Shown one piece after another: positions 22,301 through 33,104 of a DNA stretch of 64,000 nucleotides. A program made the position numbers and the translations under genes. The stretch is taken from contig OY970342.1 of assembly GCA_963717505.1 (NCBI GenBank), positions 2,112,001 through 2,176,000 on the forward strand, read 5' to 3'. This stretch comes from Candidatus Eiseniibacteriota bacterium (GTDB lineage: Bacteria > Eisenbacteria > RBG-16-71-46). The stretch's first letter is position 1, and every line of letters starts with the position of its first letter. The notes beneath the pieces are model-generated. The model ran no database searches and had not been told where the DNA came from. It saw only the letters and a list, made by a program, of their open reading frames with translations.

Positions 22301-25300
22301 AATACCCGGTCCCCGGGACGGCGGTGATCTGAACCGAGGTTCCGTGGTTGTAGGTCGCCTGACTCGGGTTCCGAGTCACCGACCCGGACCCGACCACCGA
22401 GGTCGACAGCGTGTACGTGTTGATCGCGAAGGTCGCGGTGTAGCTCTTGTTCTCGTGCAGGATCACGGTGAACGGGTTGTTGGTGCCGGTCGTGTCGCCG
22501 CTCCAGCCGGTGAACGAATAGCCGGTGCCGGGGACCGCGGTGACCTGGACGGAAGTGCCGTGGTTGTAGGTCGCCTGACTCGGGTTCCGAGTCACCGACC
22601 CCGAGCCGACCACCGAGGTCGACAGGGTGTAGGTGTTGATCGCGAACGTGGCCGTATAGCTCTTGTTCCCGTTCATGATCTTGGTGAACGGGTTCATGGT
22701 GCCAGTCGTGTCGCCGCTCCAGGCGGTGAAGTTGTAGCCGAAGCCCGGGACCGCCGTGACCTGGACCGAGGTGCCGTGGTCGTAGGTCGCCTGACTCGGG
22801 TTCCGAGTCACCGACCCCGAGCCGACCACCGAGGTCGACAGCGTGTAGGTGTTGATGGTGAAGGTGGCGGTATAGCTCTTGTTCCCGTTCATGATCTTGG
22901 TGAACGGGTTCATGGTGCCGGTGGTGTCGCCGCTCCAGCTGGTGAAGTGGTAGCCGGTGCCCGGGAACTGCGGTGACCTGGACCGAGGTGCCGTGGTTGT
23001 AGGTGGCCTGGCTCGGATTGCGGGTCACCGAGCCGCTGCCGATCACTGAAGTCGAGAGCGTGTAGGCATTGAGGGTGAAGGTCGCGGTGTAGCTCTTGTT
23101 CCCGTTCATGATCTTGGTGAACGGGTTCATGGTGCCGGTGGTGTCCCCGCTCCACGCCGAGAACGAGTAGCCGCAGTCCGGCGCTGGCGGTGACCTGAAC
23201 CGAGGTGCCGTGGTTGTAGGTCGGCTGATCCGGGTTCTTGAGCACGGCTCCATTGCCGACCACCGAGGTCGACCGTAGGGTGTAGGCGTTGATCGTGAAG
23301 GTCGCGGTATAGCTCTTGTTCCCGTTCATGATCTTGGTGAATGGATTCATCGTTCCGGTGGTGTCGCCGCTCCAGGCCGAGAACGAGTAGCCGAGGCCGG
23401 CGCTGGCGGTCAGCTGGACCGAGGTGCCGTGGTTGTAGGTCGGTTGATCCGGGTTCTTCAACACCGCGCCATTGCCGATCACCGAGGTCGAAAGGGTGTA
23501 GGCGTTGATGGTGAACGTCGCGGTGTAGCTCTTGTTCTCGTGGAGGATCACGGTGAACGGGTTGTTGGTGCCCGTCGTGTCGCCACTCCACCCGGTGAAC
23601 GAGTAGCCAGTCCCCGGCACCGCCGTGACCTGGACCGAGGTGCCATGGTTGTAGTTCGCCTGGCTCGGGTTGCGGTTCACGGAGCCCGACCCGACCACCG
23701 AGGTCGACAGCGTGTAGGTGTTGATCGCGAAGGTCGCGGTGTAGCTCTTGTTCCCGTTCATGATCTTGGTGAACGGGTTCATGGTTCCGGTGGTGTCGCC
23801 GCTCCACGCCGAGAACGAGTAGCCGAAGCCCGGCGACTCGCGGTGAGCTGAACCGAGGTGCCGTGGTCGTACGTCGCCTGGCTGGGGTTGCGATTCACCG
23901 AGCCCGACCCGACCACCGAGGTCGACAGCGTGTAGGTGTTGATGTCGAACGTCGCCGTGTAGCTCTTGTTCCCGTTCATGATCTTGGTGAACGGGTTCAT
24001 CGTTCCAGTCGTGTCGCCACTCCAGCTGGTGAAGTGGTAGCCGGTGCCCGGTACTGCCGTGACCTGGACCGAGGTGCCGTGGTTGTAGGTCGCCTGGCTC
24101 GGATTGCGGGTCACCGAACCGTTGCCGATCACTGCCGTCGAGAGCGTGTAGGTGTTGAGGGTGAAGGTGGCGGTGTAGCTCTTGTTCCCGTTCATGATCT
24201 TGGTGAACGGGTTCATGGTGCCTGTCGTGTCACCGCTCCAGGCCGAGAACGAGTAGCCCAGTCCGGCGCTGGCGGTGAGCTGGACCGAGGTGCCGTGGTT
24301 GTAGGTCGGCTGATCCGGGCTCTTGAGCACCGCGCCGTTGCCGACCACCGAGGTCGAAAGCGTGTAGGCGTTGATCGTGAAGGTCGCGGTGTAGCTCTTG
24401 TTCCCGTTCATGATCTTGGTGAACGGGTTCATCGTGCCGGTGGTGTCGCCACTCCAGCTGGTAAAGGAATATCCGGTGCCCGGGACCGCCGTGACCAGAA
24501 CCGAGGTGCCGTGGTCGTAGGTCGCCTGGCTCGGGTTGCGAGTCACCGAGCCCGACCCGATCACCGAGGTCGACAGCGTGTAGGTGTTGATCGCGAAGGT
24601 GGCGGTATAGCTCTTGTTCTCGTGGAGGATCACGGTGAACGGGTTGTTGGTGCCCGTCGTGTCGCCGCTCCAGCCGGTGAACGAGTAGCCGGTGCCCGGG
24701 ACCGCAGTGACCTGGACCGAGGTGCCGTGGTTGTAGTTCGCCTGGCTGGGGTTGCGGTTGACCGAGCCCGACCCGACCACTGAGGTCGACAGCGTGTAGG
24801 TGTTGATCGCGAAGGTGGCGGTATAGCTCTTGTTCCCGTTCATGATCTTGGTGAACGGGTTCATGGTTCCGGTGGTGTCGCCGCTCCAGGCCGAGAACGA
24901 GTAGCCGAAGCCGGCGCTGGCGGTGAGCTGGACCGAGGTGCCGTGGTTGTAGGTCGGCTGATCCGGGCTCTTGAACACCGCTCCGTTGCCGACCACCGAA
25001 GTCGAGAGCGTGTAGGTATTGATCGTGAACGTGGCGGTGTAGCTCTTGTTCCCGTTCATGATCTTGGTGAACGGGTTCATGGTGCCGGTGGTGTCGCCAC
25101 TCCAGCTCGAGAACGAGTAGCCGGTCCCCGGAACCGCCGTGACCACGACCGAAGTGCCGTGGTCGTAGGTCGCCTGGCTGGGGTTGCGGTTCACCGAGCC
25201 GGATCCGACCACCGAGGTCGACAGGGTGTAGGTGTTGATCGCGAAGGTCGCGGTGAAGCTCTTGTTCTCGTGCAGGATCACGGTGAACGGGTTGTTGGTG

Positions 25301-28300
25301 CCGGTGGTGTCGCCGCTCCAGCTGGTGAAGTGGTAACCGGTCCCTGGAACTGCCGTGACTTGGACCGAGGTGCCATGGTTGTAGTTCGCCTGGCTGGGGT
25401 TCCGAGTCACCGAGCCCGAGCCGACCACCGAGGTCGACACCGTGTAGGTGTTGATCGCGAAGGTGGCGGTGTAGCTCTTGTTCCCGTTCATGATCTTGGT
25501 GAACGGGTTCATGGTGCCTGTCGTGTCACCGCTCCAGGCCGAGAACGAGTAGCCGAAGCCGGCGCTGGCGGTGAGCTGGACCGAGGTGCCGTGGTTGTAG
25601 GTCGGCTGATCCGGGCTCTTGAACACCGCGCCGTTGCCGACCACCGAGGTCGACAGCGTGTAGGTGTTGATCGCGAAGGTGGCGGTATAGCTCTTGTTCC
25701 CGTTCATGATCTTGGTGAACGGGTTCATGGTGCCGGTGGTGTCACCGCTCCAGCTCGAGAACGAGTAGCCGAGGCCGGCGCTGGCGGTGAGCTGGACCGA
25801 GGTGCCGTGGTTGTAGGTCGGCTGATCCGGGTTCTTGAGCACCGCGCCATTGCCGACCACCGAGGTCGACAGCGTGTAGGCGTTGATCGCGAACGTGGCG
25901 GTATAGCTCTTGTTCCCGTTCATGATCTTGGTGAACGGGTTCATGGTGCCGGTGGTGTCGCCGCTCCAGCTCGAGAACGAGTAGCCGGTTCCCGGCACCG
26001 CCGTAACGATGACCGAGGTGCCGTGGTCGTAGGTTGCCTGGCTGGGGTTCCGGTTGACCGAGCCGGACCCGACCACCGAAGTCGAGAGCGTGTAGGTGTT
26101 GATCAGGAAGGTGGCGGTATAGCTCTTGTTCCCGTTCATGATCTTGGTGAACGGGTTCATGGTGCCGGTGGTGTCGCCACTCCAGGCCGAGAAGGAGTAG
26201 CCGAGGCCGGCGCTGGCCGTGAGCTGGACCGAGGTGCCGTGGTTGTAGGTCGGCTGATCCGGGTTCTTGATCACCGCGCCGTTGCCGACCACCGAGGTCG
26301 ACAGGGTGTAGGTGTTGATCGTGAAGGTCGCGGTGTAGCTCTTGTTCTCGTGCAGGATCACGGTGAACGGGTTGTTGGTGCCCGGTGGTGTCGCCGCTCC
26401 AGCCGGTGAACGAGTAGCCGGTGCCCGGCACCGCCGTGACCTGGACCGAGGTGCCGTGGTTGTAGTTCGCCTGGCTCGGGTTCCGGTTCACCGAGCCCGA
26501 CCCGACCACCGAGGTCGACAGCGTGTAGGTGTTGATGTCGAACGTGGCGGTGTAGCTCTTGTTCCCGTTCATGATCTTGGTGAACGGGTTCATGGTGCCG
26601 GTGGTGTCGCCACTCCAGCTGGTGAAGTGGTAGCCGAAGCCCGGCACCGCCGTGACCTGGACCGATGTCCCGTGGTCGTAGGTGGCCTGGCTCGGATTCC
26701 GGTTCACCGATCCCGATCCGACCACCGAGGTCGACAGCGTGTAGGTGTTGATCAGCGAAGGTGGCGGTGTAGCTCTTGTTCTCGTGCAGGATCACCGTGA
26801 ACGGGTTGTTGGTGCCGGTGGTGTCGCCGCTCCAGCTGGTGAAGTGGTAGCCGGTCCCTGGAACTGCCGTGACCTGGACCGAGGTGCCGTGGTTGTAGTT
26901 CGCCTGGCTCGGGTTGCGGTTCACCGACCCCGACCCGACCACCGAGGTCGACAGCGTGTAGGTGTTGATCGCGAAGGTGGCGGTGTAGCTCTTGTTCCCG
27001 TTCATGATCTTGGTGAACGGGTTCATGGTGCCGGTGGTGTCGCCGCTCCAGCCGAGAACGAGTAGCCGAAGCCGGCGCTGGCGGTGAGCTGGACCGAGGT
27101 GCCGTGGTTGTAGGTCGGCTGGTCCGGGCTCTTGAACACCGCGCCGTTGCCGACCACCGAGGTCGAGAGCGTGTAGGTGTTGATCGCGAAGGTGGCGGTG
27201 TAGCTCTTGTTCCCGTTCATGATCTTGGTGAACGGGTTCATGGTGCCGGTGGTGTCGCCACTCCAGCTCGAGAACGAGTAGCCGGTCCCCGGGACCGCCG
27301 TGACCAGGACCGAGGTGCCGTGGTCGTAGGTCGCCTGGCTCGGGGTTGCGGTTCACCGAGCCCGATCCGACCACCGAGGTCGACAGCGTGTAGGTGTTGA
27401 TCGTGAAGGTGGCGGTGTAGCTCTTGTTCTCGTGCAGGATCACGGTGAACGGGTTGTTGGTGCCGGTCGTGTCGCCGCTCCAGCCGGTGAACGAGTAGCC
27501 GGTCCCCGGCACTGCCGTGACCTGGACCGAGGTGCCATGGTTGTAGTTCGCCTGGCTCGGGTTGCGGTTGACCGACCCCGATCCGACCACCGAGGTCGAC
27601 AGCGTGTAGGTGTTGATCGCGAAGGTGGCGGTGTAGCTCTTGTTCCCGTTCATGATCTTGGTGAACGGGTTCATGGTGCCGGTGGTGTCGCCGCTCCAGC
27701 CGAGAACGAGTAGCCGAAGCCGGCGCTGGCGGTGAGCTGGACCGAGGTGCCGTGGTTGTAGGTCGGCTGGTCCGGGCTCTTGAACACCGCGCCGTTGCCG
27801 ACCACCGAGGTCGACAGCGTGTAGGTGTTGATCGCGAACGTGGCGGTGTAGCTCTTGTTCCCGTTCATGATCTTGGTGAACGGGTTCATGGTCCCGGTGG
27901 TGTCACCACTCCAGCTCGAGAACGAGTAGCCGAGGCCGGCGCTGGCGGTGAGCTGGACCGAGGTGCCGTGGTTGTAGGTCGGCTGATCCGGGGTCTTGAA
28001 CACCGCGCCATTGCCGACCACCGAGGTCGACAGCGTGTAGGTGTTGATCGCGAAGGTGGCGGTGTAGCTCTTGTTCCCGTTCATGATCTTGGTGAACGGG
28101 TTCATGGTGCCGGTGGTGTCCCCGCTCCAGCCGAGAACGAGTAGCCGGTCGCCGGCACTGCCGTGAGCTGGACCGAGGTGCCGTGGTTGTAGGTCGGCCT
28201 GGCTCGGGGTTCCGGTTCACCGAGCCGGTCCCGACCACCGAGGTCGACAGGGTGTAGGTGTTGATCGCGAAGGTGGCGGTGTAGCTCTTGTTCCCGTTCA

Positions 28301-30777
28301 TGATCTTGGTGAACGGGTTCATGGTGCCCGGTGGTGTCGCCGCTCCAGGCCGAGAACGAGTAGCCGAGGCCGGCGCTGGCGTTGAGCTGGACCGAGGTGC
28401 CGTGGTTGTAGGTCGGCTGATCCGGGGTCTTGATCACCGCGCCGTTGCCGACCACCGAGGTCGACAGGGTGTAGGTGTTGATCGCGAAGGTGGCGGTGTA
28501 GCTCTTGTTCCCGTTCATGATCTTGGTGAACGGGTTCATGGTGCCGGTGGTGTCGCCGCTCCAGTTGCCGAACGAGTAGCCGGTGTTGGGAACCGCGGTA
28601 ACGATGACCGAGGTGCCGTGGTTGTAAGTCGGCTGGCTCGGGTTCTTGGTCACCGAGCCGCTGGCCACCGGGCTCACGCTGGTGAACATGACGTAGGTGT
28701 TGAGGGTGAAGGTCGCGGTGTAGCTCTTGTTCTCGTGCAGGATCACCGTGAACGGGTTGTCGGTGCCGGACGTGTCGCCGCTCCAGGACGAGAACGTGTA
28801 GGCGGCGCCGGGCACCGCCTCGATGTCGACCGAGGAGCCGTGGTTGTAGCTCGGCTGGTCGGGAGTCTTGGTCACCGAGCCGCTGCTCACCGGGGTCACG
28901 CTGGTGCTGATCGTGTAGGTGTTGATCGCGAAGGTGGCGGTATAGCTCTTGTTCCCGTTCATGATCTTGGTGAACGGGTTCATGGTGCCGGTGGTGTCGC
29001 CGCTCCAGCCGGTGAACGAGTAGCCGCTGCCCGGAACCGCCGTGACCAGAACCGAGGTGCCGTGGTTGTAGTTCGCCTGGCTGGGGTTGCGGTTGACCGA
29101 GCCTGACCCGACCACCGAGGTCGAGAGCGTGTAGGTGTTGATCGCGAAGGTGGCGGTATAGCTCTTGTTCCCGTTCATGATCTTGGTGAACGGGTTCATG
29201 GTGCCGGTGGTGTCGCCGCTCCAGCTCGAGAACGAGTAGCCGAGGCCGGCACTGGCGGTGAGCTGGACCGAGGTGCCGTGGTTGTAGCTCGGCTGATCCG
29301 GGGTCTTGATCACCGCGCCATTGCCGACCACCGAGGTCGACAGCGTGTAGGTGTTGATCGTGAAGGTGGCGGTGTAGCTCTTGTTCCCGTTCATGATCTT
29401 GGTGAACGGGTTCATGGTGCCGGTGGTGTCGCCGCTCCACGCCGAGAACGAGTAGCCGAGGCCGGCGCTGGCGGTGAGCTGGACCGAGGTGCCGTGGTTG
29501 TAGGTCGGCTGATCCGGGTTCTTGAGCACCGCGCCATTACCGACCACCGAGGTCGACAGCGTGTAGGCGTTGATCGCGAACGTGGCGGTGTAGCTCTTGT
29601 TCCCGTTCATGATCTTGTCGAACGGGTTCATGGTGCCGGTGGTGTCGCCACTCCAGCCGGTGAACGAGTATCCGGTGCCCGGCACTGCCGTTACCTGGAC
29701 CGAGGTGCCGTGGTTGTAGGTCGCCTGGCTGGGGTTCCGGTTCACCGAGCCGGACCCGACCACCGAGGTCGAGAGCGTGTAGGTGTTGATCGTGAAGGTG
29801 GCGGTGTAGCTCTTGTTCCCGTTCATGATCTTGGTGAACGGGTTCATCGTGCCGGTGGTGTCGCCACTCCAGGCCGAGAACGAGTAGCCGAGTCCGGCGC
29901 TGGCCGTTAGTTGGACCGAGGTGCCGTGGTTGTAGTTCGGCTGATCCGGGCTCTTGAACACCGCACCATTGCCGACCACGATGGTCGTCAGCGTGTACGT
30001 GGGTGTGAAGTTGGCAGTGTAGGTCTTGTTCTCGTGCAGAATCACCGTGAATGGGTTTGTGGACCCGGTGGTGTCGCCGCTCCAGCCTGTGAATGCGTAC
30101 CCGGTGTTGGGAACCGCCTGGACGTCGACCGAGGAGCCGTGGTTGTAGCTCGGCTGCTCGGGGTCTTGGTGACCGAGCCGCTGTCCCCCGGGCTCACGCT
30201 GGTGCTGATCGAGTAGGTATCGAGCGCGAAATTCGCGGTCACGCTGAGGTTGGCGGTGACGTTGGTCTCGGTGCGCGACTGCGGTACCCACCGCGTCGCT
30301 CCAGTCAACGAAGTGGTAGTTGGCGTTCGGCACCGCCGTCACCTGCGTGCCGTTGGAGCCGTGATCCACAAACTGGGGCGAGGTGCCCGAGATGGTGCCG
30401 CCAGCGCCGGCGGTGTAGCTCAGCGTGTAGGTGTTGATCGTGAACGTCGCGGTGTAGCTCTTGTTCGCGTACAGGGTCACGGTGAACGGGTTGTCGGTGC
30501 CCGTCGTGTCACCGCTCCAGCTGGTGAACGAGTAGCCGGTCCCCGGCACCGCCGTGACAATGACCGGTGTTCCGTCGGCGTAGTCGATCTGGTCCGGGTC
30601 CTTCGTGACACTGCCGAACCCGACCACGCTGACGTCGATCGTGTACGGCGGCTGAGCGTGAAGGTCGCCCGCGGTCGCGATGCCAAACGCGACGCACGCG
30701 AGTGCCACGAGAAAAGGCGCTCGCCAAAGATGTCGGTCGGGTTGGCTCGGGAGCACCCTTGTGAACCCTCGCGGCAA
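16371..30777 (-). CDS. Giant (~4,800 aa) secreted protein: signal peptide, 59 InlB B-repeat-like (Flg_new-type) domains, a PQQ-dependent glucose/sorbosone dehydrogenase beta-propeller and a FlgD-Ig C-terminal domain; split by about 14 single-base frameshifts
   Basis: The ORF fragments 28102-30777, 27671-28105, 26358-27674, 23779-26361, 22910-23782 and 16371-22913 continue one repeat register. GSDH motifs AFLPDGRL, GEQGLFGIAVDP, HNGGTLRFGPDGMLY, GLRNPFRF, DVG...YEEID and NFGWP. C-terminal IFDAMGR...WDGRTDRG...GIYLAR. Confidence 0.88.
17880..30647 (-). repeat. Tandem array of 59 coding repeats of ~216 bp (72 aa)
   Basis: Consensus YTLSTSVVG(S/N)G(S/A)V..(N/S)P(S/D)Q.TYNHGTSVQ.TA..G.GYSF..WSGDTTGTMNPFTKIMNGNKSYTATF.IN, counted by hand across the ORF fragments. 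Confidence 0.93.
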
Positions 30778-31341
30778 AAGGGCACAAACTCAGTTCATGC
30801 CCGGTCGTAGCTGAACTGGCGGTAGTGGATTTCTGTAACCGAAGGGAGTGAACCCAGGACGCCGGGGAGCTGCGCGTGAAGGGGGCTTCTTTCGGCGATG
30901 TCTTGGCGTGTGTCCGGGAGTTGTCTGCCGAGATGCTGGGGGCATCAATCCCGAGATCGACTCACCGGTCCGAAGCCGAAGATCCGTCGCGAAACGAGTC
31001 ACGGCCTGAGCGCAGTGGGTCTACTAATCTCTCTCTTGGCGGCGGGAAAGCACAAGGACAAAACATCTAAGGAGGCGTTCGGGGCTCGCGCTCGAGTGTT
31101 TACTGCTTGCGAAAGGCAATTTCGTTCACTAAACGCGGCGGTAGATTCGTCGGCCCGAGCCATCCGCACATCGCCTAATCGACTGCAGGCCAATGGGTAA
31201 CGCGTGGCTCGTTCGAACCAAGCCCAGTCTCGAATCTGTCGAACCCGGCGCCCGACCGAAACTCCTCGCAACAATCCGTCAGACCCGGCTACACTTTACC
31301 GGCCCCAAACAGATTCCACCCTCTTCGCTGCGGAGACAGGC

Positions 31342-32247
31342 ATGCCTCGGTGGTTCGTTCGACTCGCGGTCGTGGCGGCCCTGGTCTCGGGAAGTACACT
31401 GGCAATGGCGTTTTCGGATGGTCCCGTGGCGAGCCGGACCGGGGCACCCGCGGTGGGCGGGGTCGCGGCAGAAATGAACTGCACCGCGTGCCACTCGTCG
31501 TTCCCGGTCAACACCCCCGGCGCCACGCTCGAGATTCTCGACATCCCGCAGTTCTACCTGCCGGATTCGACCTACCCGGTGCGCGTGCGCCTGACGTCGA
31601 CGTTCACCGGCCAGCGGCGTTGGGGGTTCCAGCTCACCGCGGTGCGCGCCGCCAACGGTCTGGGTGTGGGGACGTTCGACATCACCGGTGTTGCCGGGAT
31701 CCAGATCGTCAATGGAGCGGGTGTGTACTCCACCCGCCGCTATGTCGAGCACTTTAGCGCAGGCACCTTCCCGGGCAGCCAAGGACCGATCGAATGGTCG
31801 TTCAAGTGGCGTGCTCCCAATGCCGACCTGGGCCGGATCTTCTTCTTCGCGGCCGGAAATGCGGCCAACAACAGCAACAGCCCTGTCGGCGACCACATCT
31901 ACACTCAGCGCGACACCATCGACATCCACCCGCTGCTCGACGCCCCGGTTGGCCCGATCGCGACGCTCGATGTGCTCGAGCCGGCGCGACCGAATCCATT
32001 CCGCGCTCAGACGTCGCTCGGTTTCATGCTCACCCAGGGCGGGCGGACCGACCTCACGGTGTTCGACGCTCAGGGTCGTCGCGTGCGCACGCTCTTCTCG
32101 GGCGACCACCCGGCCGGCCGCGGGTCGGCAACATGGGACGGAAGACGCGAGGACGGGACCCCCGCGATGGCAGGGGTCTATTTCGCGCGGTTGTCGGGGC
32201 CGGATGCCGTGTCGCCGGTGACGCGGCGGGTGGTGCTCGCGCGCTGA
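31342..32247 (+). CDS. Secreted Reeler-like (choice-of-anchor V-like) protein with a CxxCH heme-c motif and a FlgD-Ig C-terminal domain
   Basis: GGAG RBS before ATG 31342, signal peptide, RTGAP...NCTACHSS, WGFQLTA, WSFKWRAP, FFAAGNAAN...GDHIY, then PNPF...VFDAQGRRV...WDGR...GVYFAR. Confidence 0.85.
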   Translation: MPRWFVRLAVVAALVSGSTLAMAFSDGPVASRTGAPAVGGVAAEMNCTACHSSFPVNTPGATLEILDIPQFYLPDSTYPVRVRLTSTFTGQRRWGFQLTAVRAANGLGVGTFDITGVAGIQIVNGAGVYSTRRYVEHFSAGTFPGSQGPIEWSFKWRAPNADLGRIFFFAAGNAANNSNSPVGDHIYTQRDTIDIHPLLDAPVGPIATLDVLEPARPNPFRAQTSLGFMLTQGGRTDLTVFDAQGRRVRTLFSGDHPAGRGSATWDGRREDGTPAMAGVYFARLSGPDAVSPVTRRVVLAR

Positions 32248-32272
32248 GCGCCAGCCGACCACCTGCGTCGCG

Positions 32273-33091
32273 CTACTTCACGACCACGACGACCTGAGCC
32301 AGCATCCCGGCGTCCACCGGGCCGCGGCCGAACCGCTTTGCGATCGTTTCCGCCGCGACGTCCGTCGCCGCACCCAACAACGCGGGATTGAGCGCCTCGA
32401 TCTCGTTGCGTAGAGGCGTTCCCAGGCAGTACGCGATGGCGGGGTCGCGGGGCGTTGTCGCCCGACTGCGCGCCGCCACCGAGGTGATCTCGGGCGATCG
32501 GGAGAACCCGCCGGACACGAGATCCCGCGCCAGGATCGCCGGGTCGCTGTAGCCGTGGGGCGTGCGTGCCAGGAACCGGGGCGGATCCTGGGGGAACACG
32601 GACTCGAGCGAGGTCGTTACGACGTCGGCGAACTCGTTGTCTTCGATGCGGTCCCAGACACTGAAGATGAACGTGCCGCCCGGCTTCAGTACTCGATGCG
32701 CTTCCGCAAACGCCTTCGGCTTGTCGGGGAAGAACATGACTCCGAATTGGCACGCGACCGCGTCGAACGTTTCGTCGCTAAAAGGTAGCTGCATCGCGTC
32801 CGCCTGACGCCATTCCACCGGACGCTTCGTCCCGCGCGCCGACGCCTGATCCAGCATCGGCTGATTCAGGTCCGTGGCGACGATGGCGACACCCTCGGGC
32901 AGTATCGCGGACAGCGCGCGAGTCAGGACCCCGGTGCCCGCCGCGATCTCGAGGATGTTACGCAGTGGCCGCGAAGCCAGTCGGTTTGCCAGGTCGATGG
33001 CGTAGGACTCGAAGATCAACGGAACCAGATACTTTTCGTAGATGTCGGGGACCGAGCCAATGAACGCGCTGTCGACCTCGGACTTGCTCAC
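32273..33091 (-). CDS. Class I SAM-dependent methyltransferase (UbiE-like)
   Basis: ILEIAAGTG, ATDLN, ADAMQLPF, FDAVACQFGVMFF and RVLKPGG. Confidence 0.92.
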   Translation of the reverse strand: MSKSEVDSAFIGSVPDIYEKYLVPLIFESYAIDLANRLASRPLRNILEIAAGTGVLTRALSAILPEGVAIVATDLNQPMLDQASARGTKRPVEWRQADAMQLPFSDETFDAVACQFGVMFFPDKPKAFAEAHRVLKPGGTFIFSVWDRIEDNEFADVVTTSLESVFPQDPPRFLARTPHGYSDPAILARDLVSGGFSRSPEITSVAARSRATTPRDPAIAYCLGTPLRNEIEALNPALLGAATDVAAETIAKRFGRGPVDAGMLAQVVVVVK

Positions 33092-33104
33092 GATTCGCCT
33101 CGAA

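Noticed and set aside
16371-30777. Pseudogene call or several separate genes for the repeat protein
   Set aside because: The fragments join in exact repeat register through single-base indels, have no separate signal peptides, and begin at the repeat's internal Met.
30778-31341. Riboswitch upstream of the giant repeat gene
   Set aside because: No known aptamer consensus was found by eye on either strand, only short stems such as CAGTTCA/TGAACTG.
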